From: Cycas panzhihuaensis
Taxonomy: Eukaryota; Plantae; Cycadophyta
Reading direction: 5' to 3'
DNA length: 64,000 nucleotides
NCBI GenBank assembly: GCA_023213395.1
Contig: CM041465.1
Coordinates: 11,842,001-11,906,000 of the forward strand
Shown here piece by piece: positions 54,100 to 64,000 of the stretch. Position numbers and translations under genes: made by a program. The notes beneath the pieces are model-generated. The model was not told where the DNA came from, did no database searches, and was given only the letters and a program-made list of their open reading frames with translations. Every line of letters starts with the position of its first letter. The first letter of the stretch is position 1.

Positions 54100-56853
54100 A
54101 GTGTAGATCAAGACACCAAAAATACTACACCATAGTGTACCCAAATATAATAGTATAAAGTAAGAAAAAGATAATCCCTAACACTCTATGAGGTTATATC
54201 AATACAAAAGGAGGCCTCCTACATGAATGCCATGTAGTGGCTGTAGGTGAGCCCTCATACATAAATGCCAATTGGTGAGTATCCTACTATAATAAGCTAA
54301 CATTATCAATCATATCCCATAGTTACATATTAGTATGTTAACAGTTAGGTCCCATGGTCAAGATGGCTATGTAGTAAGTCCCCTTCCCTAAGATGCTAAG
54401 TCTTCAAAGTTGAAAAGGTGTGGATGTTATTAGACAAACTTTAATAATTACCATGTTACTTCTTTTGGCTTACAATCAATCCACTACATAAGGTACTAGG
54501 AGATGGTCTAGTTATGGAAGTGGCACTAACGACTAGCTAAGATACAATTAAGGGAAATACTGATAACTTATTTATTATCAAGAATAAGGATAATTTAGAA
54601 AGTGGTAGATTAGCTAAGGTGTTTATTGAGATGAGAAACATCAAAGACATTATAAATTTTGGTGTTAGGGGGAATTTAGGGGTATAGAAACCTTGCTAAT
54701 ATGCTGGAGGATTTTGTATGAGCCATAGTAATAAGGGATGAGTTTGTTATACTTGTTTTTCTTAAGGGATGGTTATTTATATGGTTAAATATGAGGAAAG
54801 GCTAAGTCACCTATAGAAAGAGTGATTAAAGTAGTTGCAATCAGTGAGTTATTTCATATGGTTGAGAGTGATGGATAAGTTTTATTTGAGTGTGTTAAGA
54901 ATCTAATCTATGTCTTAAAGCTTTTGTTAAATGACAACCATGCATAAGTTGATAGTAAGTGTGTGGTAAGATGGTAGGAGGTAATTATAAAGAGGCATAA
55001 ATGGGGGCATACTAATGCTAAAGTAGTGAGAGGAGTTGCACTAATACTTGGCAGGGGATAACCAAGATGTCTATTTATTTTGATATTATGATATAAAATA
55101 GCGTAAGTAGTTTTAAATATTTTGTTAAGGACTTATGACTAGCCATCAATCTAGAAGTGGTGGGCTAAGCTCACGTTAAAGCAAGTTCCTGAGGTTCAAA
55201 AGAGCTCTTGTGAGAATGGGTTTATAAATTTAGGATCATAATCACAAACAATAGTGTAAAGGAATTCATAGAGTTAAAAGACTGATTAGATGCATAAGTC
55301 GACATGGCATGCAACTTTATAAGAAGTGTGCATAGGCAAGAAATATATATACTTAGTTACTCTATAAATGATGACTAGGATGAAGTTGAAACCAATAAAT
55401 AAAGGAAGGCTAGTGATAAAGTTCATGGTGATATCTTGTCATTTCATTAGGGAATGCGAGGAGATTATAGGAATCTTGGTTGGATAGTTATCTCTACTTT
55501 ATTGCATTGGTACATATCACATTCTGAGATAAAGGTGAGGATGTAGGATTTCATTCATGGCTAATAGAAATAAATGTGAATGTGATGATAAGTTTTTTCA
55601 AATCTAGAATGACCTCCCAAGAGCATGGAATGATATTCTAAGAGGATTTAAGGGTTGGAAGATGATGGATAGATAATTATATGATTATGTAAAGTAGGTG
55701 ATTGATATGGAGGGACTAGCTACCCTAGGTATGGGCTTTCATAGTCCATTGGAAATAATTAGAATAGGATTGGTTAGTAGTGGCTACCCTGGCTATCCAA
55801 GTGGGCTAAGGCTAGGAGATGGCTTGAAGGGTTGGAACACTAGGGAGATAAGACAAAATGCTAAAAATAATGTTATCATTTTCCTTCTTATAGGTGATAG
55901 CAAAGTCAAAGACTTGGAGTTAATTAAACTACTTAACTTATTCTTTTGAGAGGAATAGTTGGTCTAAGAGAAGGCAAAGGCTATGGTGGTTATTGAGGAT
56001 GGCAAATTTAGACTCAAGGAGGTATTAAAACCATTTGTCAAGGGTATGTAGGATGAATTTTATTTCCTTTTTATAAGTAGAGAGTTAATACTTCTGTTCT
56101 TAAAGTTTATAGCTCTTGAAGGCAATGGGACATAAGTTTTACATAAAAAACACATTGACGCTAAATCTAGAGGTATTTATAATGGTTGGGAGAAGTTAGG
56201 TGTGTCCAATATGGGGGTGGAAGTCATAATTAGTTTAATATCGTTGAAGGATTCATCTATAGTTGAGGACCATTGAAAGGAGTCTTTATGGAGGAAGTTG
56301 GTTAATGTGGCAATGATGGAGGTATAACTTTTAATAAAGTGATGATAAAACTCAATGAGTCTAAGGAAGGTATAGTGTTGGGTGAGATTTCTTATTGTGG
56401 GCTAGGAAATGGTAAATAAAATCTTATCATGGTTGATGTGAACTCTTTTAACAAAAATGATGTGACTGACATATTATAGTTGTAACTATCTAAATTTACA
56501 TTTGGAGAGTTTGTTATATAGCTATTGTTAGGCAATGATTTATATGACTATTTTGAGGTGATGGAGGTATTAGACTAGGTTGATATTATAAATGAGTATG
56601 TCATTAAAAATGACTATGATAAACTTATAAAGGTGGGATGCAAACTTTTCATTTGTGAGTGCTTAAAAGATGGCATGAACATTATAGAGATAAAAGGGCA
56701 TGGATCTAAATTCAAAGTGGTTGTGGTAGGCATAGAAGACTATTTTATAGTAATCATTTAGGGAGGCAAGAATTTAATAATATCTAATCTAGAAATTATG
56801 TTTAGAAAACACTAATACACTATGGGTTTCATCCAACTTATCATCAATGTGGG
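54100..56853 (-). mobile_element. Decayed Gypsy chromovirus I (RT, RNase H, integrase, chromodomain, PPT), split by element H
   Basis: Minus strand: IDDKLDETH, HFEF..MPF, IVIFNDILIY; chromodomain-like YLM.WIDCKPKEVTW at ~54450-54500; reverse PPT ccccttcccta at ~54380; left boundary approximate. Confidence 0.75.
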
Positions 56854-58421
56854 TGTTGGAGTTAATTATCATCACTCCACTCCCACATTTCCAACCATGA
56901 TTGTACACCTTATCAACTTCAATTTAGACACGTGATGCTCAACATGTTGAGGTAAGTTAATGTAAGTTTAACTTTGATTTAAGTTAGTTTCATTTGAGTT
57001 AAGTTAACTTTATTTTATTATTATTTTGAATTCAGGGGTTGAGGAGTTTCCCTCCTCCCTCAAATTATAAATATTGAGGGGTGTGCAACCTTGGTGTCTT
57101 TACACACTGCCCTCATTTAGGAAATTTATATTGCTCACTTTCAACAATGGATTGAAGATTCAAGCTATATTGAATATTTATATTGCAATATTGATCTATG
57201 TGATTCTATTCTATGTTTTGCCCTGTTCTCCTACAAATATTTTTCCTACATTTGGTATTAGAGCTTAGTTTAGCTTAATACTTTTCCTACATTTGGTATC
57301 AGAGCGGTCGATTACTAGCATGTTAAAATTTTTTAAAGAAGCAAGAAGATATTGAGGCAGATTTACTCAAGGAAGTAAATAATATCGGTTATACTTATTT
57401 TCTACAAATTTTTTAGTAAATTTCTTCTAGTTTTTCATCAAGTTTTAATTATTATTGAGCTATTTTCTAGTATAACAGATATATTATAGATTTTTTTGGA
57501 TTTATGTGGATTTTTGGCTATATTTCCAAATCTACGAAGGAGATCAACATATTTCAGCAGTAAGCTATATTTTATTCAAAGTTTTCTCATATTTGAGTTA
57601 TATTTTTTTTCTAGATCTACAGTTTTCATCACATATTTGATAGTTTTTCAAGTATATTTGTCTATTTTATCTAATATTTTTTGTAGATCTGTAAAGGAGA
57701 TCAGTTGCATGCAAGATTCATATGGTTTTTCTTCAAGATCTGTAATTTTTTACTTCAGATCTACCATAGTTATCTATAGATCTGGCTTATATTTTTTAGA
57801 TTTGCTCTTTTTATCAAATATTTGATAGTTTTCTAGTTTATTCTATTCAAATATTTAATATTTTTTTAGATGTACTAGTTTTCACTTCAGATCTGCTTAT
57901 TTCAAGAAGTATTACAATATTTTCTAGCATAGTTATTTTAGATCTACAACATTTAGTTCAGATTTGCTATATTTCTTTTCAGATCTATATTTTTTCATCA
58001 CATATTTTGATTACATTTTCAAGTCTTTTTACAGATCTATAATCTTTGGAGTATATTTAAGTTTCTAAAGAAGTATATACCGTAGATCTGTCTACTAGAA
58101 GCTTTTGAAGCCTATTTTTCATCTACAAGTCAACTACATTACCAAATCTACAATTTTTGAAGCATATTCATCCCTCTAGAGCAATATATATAACAGATCA
58201 AGTCAGCTACAACCACATTTATCAAGTTCTTTAGTTACTTTTTTAGTGTCAAACATATATATTTTTTTATATATCTACTGCAACATATTTAAAAAGATTA
58301 CAGATACATATACATGTATTCCATCTTCTTGACTTATTTATGTTAAAATATTTAAAATTCTCTGGTTCATTTGTGCTTCTTTGAATCAATAAAAAAATCT
58401 CAACATTTTTTCATGCTTTGT

Positions 58422-58423
<2 letters not shown>

Positions 58424-58483
<60 letters not shown>
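58424..58483. repeat. (CA)n microsatellite
   Basis: Read directly. Confidence 0.95.
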
Positions 58484-58490
<7 letters not shown>

Positions 58491-59317
58491 GAAATATTCT
58501 TCGTTACAATATTGAGTAGCCATTGGCTCATATCTAAAAGCTCAACATATGAATGATATTTTCTTTCTATTTTTGAAAAGGTTTTGATTTTTTTTATAAA
58601 ATCTGGAGTACTCAGCTTGGGCGCCTTCAATAGACTTCTTTAGATTAGATCTAGAGCTTACATAAGTGATTTTATGTTAGTTTTAACCCTGTGCTTCTCC
58701 AGTATTGACTTCTCTCACAAAAGCCACCAAATACTTGGCTGATACCATCAATATATATCAGGAAATTTGTAAGGCGGATGTTGTATTAACCCACTATAGC
58801 CTCATTTTTTAAGCTATTCTATAGCCTTTCTTCCTAAAGATTTGCTTGGGAAGAGTCTTTAAAGGCTTAAGCTTTGTAATGAATATTTTGAGAAAACTGA
58901 GTTGTTGATTAAGCCTTTGCAAAACCCATTATTGTAACATAAGCTTCTTGCATAACTTGAACTATTTTGCTGCAAGAATTCCTCAACATGACCAACAGGC
59001 TTCCTATCTATCTTCACATAGCTCATTTATGAAGCATAATACTCTAAAAAATATAGTTTGTGGGGCTTATTTGTAACCATATTGGTGTTGAGCTTCCTCT
59101 CATAAGTGTAATGCTTTGCTCCTTTGAGCTGCCTTTTATGAGCATGATGCCTTTTTTCTTTATAGTTTAAATCTTTTTAATACTTGTTTCTTTGCAATAA
59201 TAATAAGAAAGTCAACATTGAACTACTACATTTGTTGATGCTGTCTAAATTATCTGAAAAAGAAAAGCAATCTCATTAAAAAATAAAATAAAATATAGAA
59301 CACAAAATAACATCACA

Positions 59318-59545
59318 GGAAGTGCACAAAGCACTACCATCAACTGAAAATCCAAGGTAGCTTATTCGACTATTTTGGAACTTAGTAACTCTTCTATATT
59401 GGCAACTACCTTTGCCGCTATTACATTCTATACATAACAGTTTCCATTAGAATATCCTGTGAATAAAAGCCTGCCAAAACATGAAAAAATAATTGATGCA
59501 ACAATAAAAACCATTTCTCCTTGCACCATTATTTTCCAACATTTA
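59318..59545 (-). pseudogene. AGB1: Captured fragment of heterotrimeric G-protein beta subunit (C-terminal WD40 repeats)
   Basis: IVASIIFSCFGRLLFTGYSNGNCYV*NVIAAKVV, then after a frameshift SRISYLGFSVDGSALCT; compare plant G-beta VTSIAFSxSGRLLFAGY..CYVWDT..RISCLGLSADGSALCT (recalled). Confidence 0.88.
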
Positions 59546-59812
59546 CTTATTTTTAACTTTTGCATAAGAGAAGTGTTTTGTCTTCTTGAATAGCAGCAAC
59601 CAAACCCTTTATATCCATTCATGCATTATTTTTCCTTTAAGATTGAAGCAAAATAGTGTAAGGCTTGTGCAAACCCATATCTTCATATAGCTGTCAAGTA
59701 GTGACAACACTGATTTTGACTCATCTTCTCCACTGAAACAAGGACCGTATGATCGATTATGTTGGCAACTTGGATAAACAATAAGTTTCCATAGCAATAT
59801 CATTATACGTAC

Positions 59813-60040
59813 TCAGTTGATTACCTTGATACTGAATTCCCAAAGTTTCTTTATCACTAGCAAATAAGCTTAGCTTTAGTTCATTACAATCAGAGAAATA
59901 CTTGCCAATAACTCCTTTCAGATTTGGATGTAAAGTAACATAGCATATTGTGGCTGCTCCCTGAAAAACATCCTTCCAAAAGAAACTAGAAAAGAACTTC
60001 AAATTTCTCATGTGTTTTAAAGAATACCACATAGCATTTA
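59813..60040 (-). pseudogene. TIC32: Captured C-terminal fragment of a TIC32-like short-chain dehydrogenase/reductase
   Basis: MRNLKFFSSFFWKDVFQGAATICYVTLHPNLKGVIGKYFSDCNE...ASD, then after a small deletion LWEFSIKVIN* (stop 59813-59815); matches the QGAATTCYVALHP..KGVxGKYFxDCN signature. Confidence 0.9.
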
Positions 60041-60349
60041 GTATACCATTAAACAAGGAACAGGAACAAGTGCATTGCTGGGCTATATGAAAGCCTTATT
60101 TAAAGGCATGCACCATCATATTCCCTTGGAAACTGAGAAGCCAAGGTATTGGCGTGCTAAATGTCTGCTTTCTGTGTGCATCTCCAACTACTGGAATTGG
60201 TAGCGATATACCAATCTTATAAACCCTGCTATCTCACAGTCACTTATCTGGTTTAGCTTTGTGACTTTGGATGCAAGTTTTGAGATCTAATCAGCTTCGA
60301 ACAATAGAATTTCCACCAACTGATGCTTGGCTTCTTCTTGAGCTTGGTT

Positions 60350-60553
60350 AGAAGTCTGTACCTCTTCCAAACAAAGAACAAATTTAGTCAGGGTAGAAGC
60401 AACCACTGCACCAAGAAGGAAATCCCCTGTTAGAAGAATAGATCTCAAATTTTTCGTTGTAACAGAAGATCCCAGAATAACATAATGAGTTGAAAATGTA
60501 ATTTTTGAAGTAGCACTTTGTGTAGCATATGTTCCATCAGCAAGAAATACCAG
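60350..60553 (-). pseudogene. COPB1: Captured internal fragment of coatomer subunit beta (beta-COP)
   Basis: Manual translation LADGTYATQSATSKITFS..LGS..NLRSILLTGDFLLGAVVASTLTKFVLCLEEVQTS matches plant beta-COP LADGTYATQSA..NLRSLxLTGDFFLGAVVACTLTKLVLRLEEVQxS (recalled). Confidence 0.9.
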
Positions 60554-60629
60554 CTAACATCCATTTCATTAATGTTCCTCTACGTCATATTTGAGCCATT
60601 GGACTGCGTTGGAACTGAACTCATAAAAC

Positions 60630-60842
60630 AACTTGCTATGTTTCAAACCTGCTATAAATTCTGTGATACCCATTCAAAATGACACTTCTTTAAGAGTCTG
60701 GTCACAACAAGTTATCGCATCCATTTAATTTTAGCTCCTCTATAATAGCCTAGGCTAGGTAAATGTGACTTACAGAAGTTCTCCATCAGTAAGTATATCT
60801 GCAACTGTGTCCTCCTCCTCAAATCTTTTATCCAAAACATTG
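60630..60842 (-). pseudogene. Probable captured fragment of a plant calponin-homology (transgelin-like) gene with a retained intron
   Basis: NVLDKRFEEEDTVADILTDGELL, then a GTAAGT...ATAGCAG intron (60773-60649, 125 bp), then FET; resembles EVLxxRFDE..VADLLxDGELL-FxVSK (recalled; short match). Confidence 0.55.
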
Positions 60843-60879
60843 GAACAGGGTCTCTTGCATGCTGGCCATCACTTGTGAC

Positions 60880-61030
60880 CTGCGCGATACTGTCTTCGCG
60901 ACCAACTCCCTTCTCCATTCTACCGCGTGATAGTGTTGGTCCACGTACAAGGCGCAGGCCGCGTGATTGTGAACGACGGCGCCTGCGCAAAAGGGTGACG
61001 CAGGCAGTGCGTGCAGGGTGCAACAACGTT
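60880..61030. promoter_or_regulatory. Small CpG/GC-rich island at the 5' head (minus-strand sense) of the gene-fragment cassette
   Basis: Dense CG dinucleotides (gcgcg, cgcg, acgacggcg) in otherwise CpG-depleted DNA; regulatory role is inferred. Confidence 0.45.
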
Positions 61031-62226
61031 TTTTTAAATGCTTTTCATATTTCAAAGTTTAATGTAAATGATTTTTTATATATTCTTTTTAAAGTTTAAA
61101 AAATTAAAGTGATTTGTATATCATTTCAATTCCGCACTTTTAGAGTGTAAGCTCCCAATTAACCTTTAGCCCCTGGTCCTATACATTACCACGTAACCAT
61201 AACTCCTTATTAAAGGGGCTAACGAACCCTTTATTAACTTTTTTTTCTTTTTTATTTTTTTAATTTTTTATCCTGTATAGGGTTATTGGTAAATTTTTGC
61301 CATAACTCTTCGATGGCTTATCAATTTCTGACAAAACCAGTTTCATTGGGTCAGAATTTTTTTGTAGATTAATTTTGAATGGTCATATGACCAATTTAGT
61401 GTTGATTTGACCCCGTTTTAGTCGATTTAAAGTCAATTAGTCATTTTTTTAGCATTTTTAAAACCTTTTACAAAATCACTTTTTGAACTGATTATATTTT
61501 ATTATCGGGTGACTATTTTCTATCCAGATTTATTCTAAAGTGATCTACATTCAACAAACTTCATTAACTATCTTTTATTTTAATTTTTAGAATTTATTTT
61601 AATCACTATTTTAATCACTGAAAGTGGCACTTTAGTGGTTTTCAGTCTTTTTTTTAACATTTTACCATAAAGGTACCTGTTGCCATTTCTACCATAACGT
61701 TTCTGTTTGATATCTAAATTCAGTTCTGTTAGTTTCATTAGGAAGTTAATTCATTATTCTTCGAACTGACATAATGTTTTATATATTTTAACATACTTTT
61801 ACTGATTTTCAAATCACTTAAAATAAAGGTGCTTAATTACCTCCAACCTGCCAGTTTTACACATTTTTTATATATATTTCTCAAAAATTTTCAACTGAAA
61901 GTATATTGAGTAGTCTTCTAAACAATATTTAATCATTTTTTAGCATTTTATAAAGTTTTATTAGCAATTTTATAAGTTTTTTGTGCTCCCTACTCCTGTT
62001 AGGCTTCAAAAGGAGGACCATACATTTAAATCATTCAAACTTGACTTGTAGGAACCCGTTTTCAAAATAGATAGTTCCATTGAATAGATATTTTATTAAT
62101 CTTAATATTGGTGAAGTTTCATATTATTTTAACATCGCTTAGTATAATTTTGAAGCAACCAAACTTGAGGTTGTCCTCTAACCCTTCTTTTAAAAAGTTT
62201 CTTCATAATCCTTATCTTTCAAAGTA

Positions 62227-62247
62227 ATATATATATATATATACATC

Positions 62248-62342
<95 letters not shown>
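62227..62342. repeat. (TA)n microsatellite with a short interruption
   Basis: Read directly. Confidence 0.95.
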
Positions 62343-62345
<3 letters not shown>

Positions 62346-62699
62346 TTTTTTTTAGCATTATATATTATCATCAAGACTAAGGATTTATTGTACTAAGAAT
62401 TTATATTTATTCATTTGAAGAAAATCAAAAGGTTGAGGATTATTCCTTTTATCATCAAAGTTATATTTCATATTTGTATTGCTAACAGGATCTTTATTAC
62501 ATGAAAATTTGCTTATATATCCATCATTTCTTTATTGTGCTTAGTTGATTGACTTTCTAAAGGGAATTACATATCTTTATATACGTTCATTGGTGCATTA
62601 CATTTTTTTTGAAGAGGATATTTGACATCATACAAGTTTAGTAATTTATTGATACTTTTGATTTGATACAAGCACACTTCTTTTATATACGAAAAGTTT

Positions 62700-63033
62700 A
62701 TGTAAAATGGCATTCAACCTTAATTAAGTATAATTTCCCATTTTTGATGGTCATAATTTTTCCCTATGGCATAAGACCATGAATAATTATTTTATTGCAC
62801 ATGATCTATGGAAGTATTTACAACATGACTATGATGCTATTAAGGAAAACATTAGAAAGGATAATGAAGGATTAGGATTATTATTTTGCACTATGAATGA
62901 TGATATTTTTTCAAAGGTTTGTGAATTAACAACTTCTAAATCTATTTGGGATGTATTGATTTCCACTTGTGGAGGAGATACCCTCCTTGTATTTGATGAT
63001 ATGTTTGTTGAGCATGTGAAACAGGTGACATAA
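62700..63033 (+). pseudogene. Copia gag N-terminal remnant of element H
   Basis: FPIFDGHNFSLWHKTMNNYFIAHDLWKYL..DDIFSKVCELTTSKSIWDVL, typical of the Copia gag N-terminus. Confidence 0.8.
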
Positions 63034-63911
63034 CAGATAGATCATGATGACAAAACCAATGAAGATTCAGATCAAATGTAGGACTAACTTGCTACACAAG
63101 GATTTGATCATCCATTTGAGGGGGAGAATGAAAATGAATCTTATGACATGATGGCAAATGAATTATATGACATGATGGAGAATGAATCTTATGATATGAT
63201 ACAAGAGACCTAATGATATGACAGTCAAAGTTAAAATTTTAGAAGTGAAAGTCAAAGTTGCAGCTATACATACTTACTTGAATCAAGCTTTATTTGCACC
63301 AGATTTTTTGCACTTTACTTATAGATTTTTTGTACCACTTCATGGTACAAAGATATATGTTGTTAAAAGGATAAGAAGAGTTGATAAATATCAAGTTAAG
63401 AGACATATTGTTAAAGTTTTTTTCAAATACAAGTTTCATAAGTTCAAGGAGAAGATCCAAGTGTTTGTGATGACCATTAAGAGGGAGAATGTTGGAGTTA
63501 ATCATCATCACTCCACTCCCACCTTTCTAGCCAGGATTGTATACCTCATCAACTTCAATTTAGACATGTGATGCTCAATATGTCGAGGTAAGTTAAGTTT
63601 AACTTTGATTTAAGTTAGTTTCATTTGAGTTAAGTTAACTTTATTTTATTATTATTTTGAATTCAGGGGTTGAGGAGTTTCCCTCCTCCTCCAAATTATG
63701 AATATTAAGGGGTGTGCAAACCTGGTGTCTTTAGACACTGCCCTCATTTGGGAAATTTGTATTACTCACTTTCAACAATGGATTGAAGATTCAAGCTACC
63801 ATGTTTATGCTACTATTGTGCAACATTGTATTGAAGATTTGTATTGCAATATTGATCTATGTGATTCTATTATATGTTCTGCCATGTTCTCCTGCAAATA
63901 TTTTTCCTACA

Positions 63912-64000
63912 ATGAGAGCTTAGAAATTTATTTTTTATTATGATTTTATTTAGTTCTTAGTAATTGATATATAAATGGTAAGACCTATCTCTCATTTTTC
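63912..64000 (-). mobile_element. Continuation of Gypsy I RT beyond element H
   Basis: Minus-strand DRSYHLYINY.ELNKIIIKNKF joins IDDKLDE at 56848 across the TSD. Confidence 0.75.

Larger units (their letters stand above)
56854..63911 (+). mobile_element. Non-autonomous Copia-derived LTR element H (gag-only, TR-GAG/LARD-like) carrying host gene fragments
   Basis: LTRs 56854-57250 and 63490-63911 (TGTTGG...CCTACA); TSD GTGGG/ATGAG (differences are G>A); tandem PBS at 57253 and 57294; PPT aagagggagaa; gag N-terminal remnant at ~62700-63030; possible RNase H tail at ~63380-63480; no PR/IN/RT seen. Confidence 0.9.

Noticed and set aside
59318-60842. Reading the minus-strand pieces as one real multi-exon gene
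   Set aside because: They come from unrelated families, contain stops and frameshifts, and are partial.
60712-61099. Three overlapping Arg-rich ORFs
   Set aside because: Expected by chance in a GC-rich patch; no recognisable protein in those frames.
58340-62133. TIRs or Helitron termini around the cassette (tgttaaaata at 58341 and its inverse near 62124-62133; CTAG at 58651)
   Set aside because: Only a 10-bp AT-rich match with no TSD and no GC-rich subterminal hairpin; too weak to call a DNA transposon.
1-64000. CRISPR arrays, rRNA/tRNA genes, hammerhead ribozymes
   Set aside because: No repeat-spacer array or structural RNA gene recognised; TGGTATCAGAGC matches are primer-binding sites; isolated CTGATGA hits (~3558, ~20088) lack the flanking helices.

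Overview
Eukaryotic, AT-rich plant nuclear DNA, roughly 90% transposon-derived. The retroelement families, the strong C>T/G>A decay and a probable motile-sperm gene suggest a cycad/Ginkgo-type genome (inference only). Positions 1-32.9 kb are a four-level nest: a Tat/Athila-type Gypsy RT is split by Copia A (240-32207), which is split by Reina-like chromovirus B (6000-30885), which holds young Reina-like C (6593-12610), Copia D (16192-23780) and Copia E (24504-30749). A decayed L1 follows (33.2-36.5 kb). The only intact host gene is a 15-exon, 550-aa coiled-coil gene (36954-40272, +) with an N-terminal SPRSxEAC motif that I associate with flagellated eukaryotes; it sits in a CpG-retaining island. 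Next come a CRM-like Gypsy interrupted by an L1 (17-bp TSD) and a deleted Copia, a Copia remnant, and a chromovirus split by element H (56854-63911). H is the most unusual object: a gag-only, non-autonomous Copia-derived LTR element with a duplicated PBS. It carries, antisense, a ~1.5-kb mosaic of fragments from unrelated host genes (G-protein beta, TIC32-like SDR, beta-COP and probably a calponin-homology protein) behind a small CpG island. All family calls come from manual translation and recalled motifs; no database searches were run.
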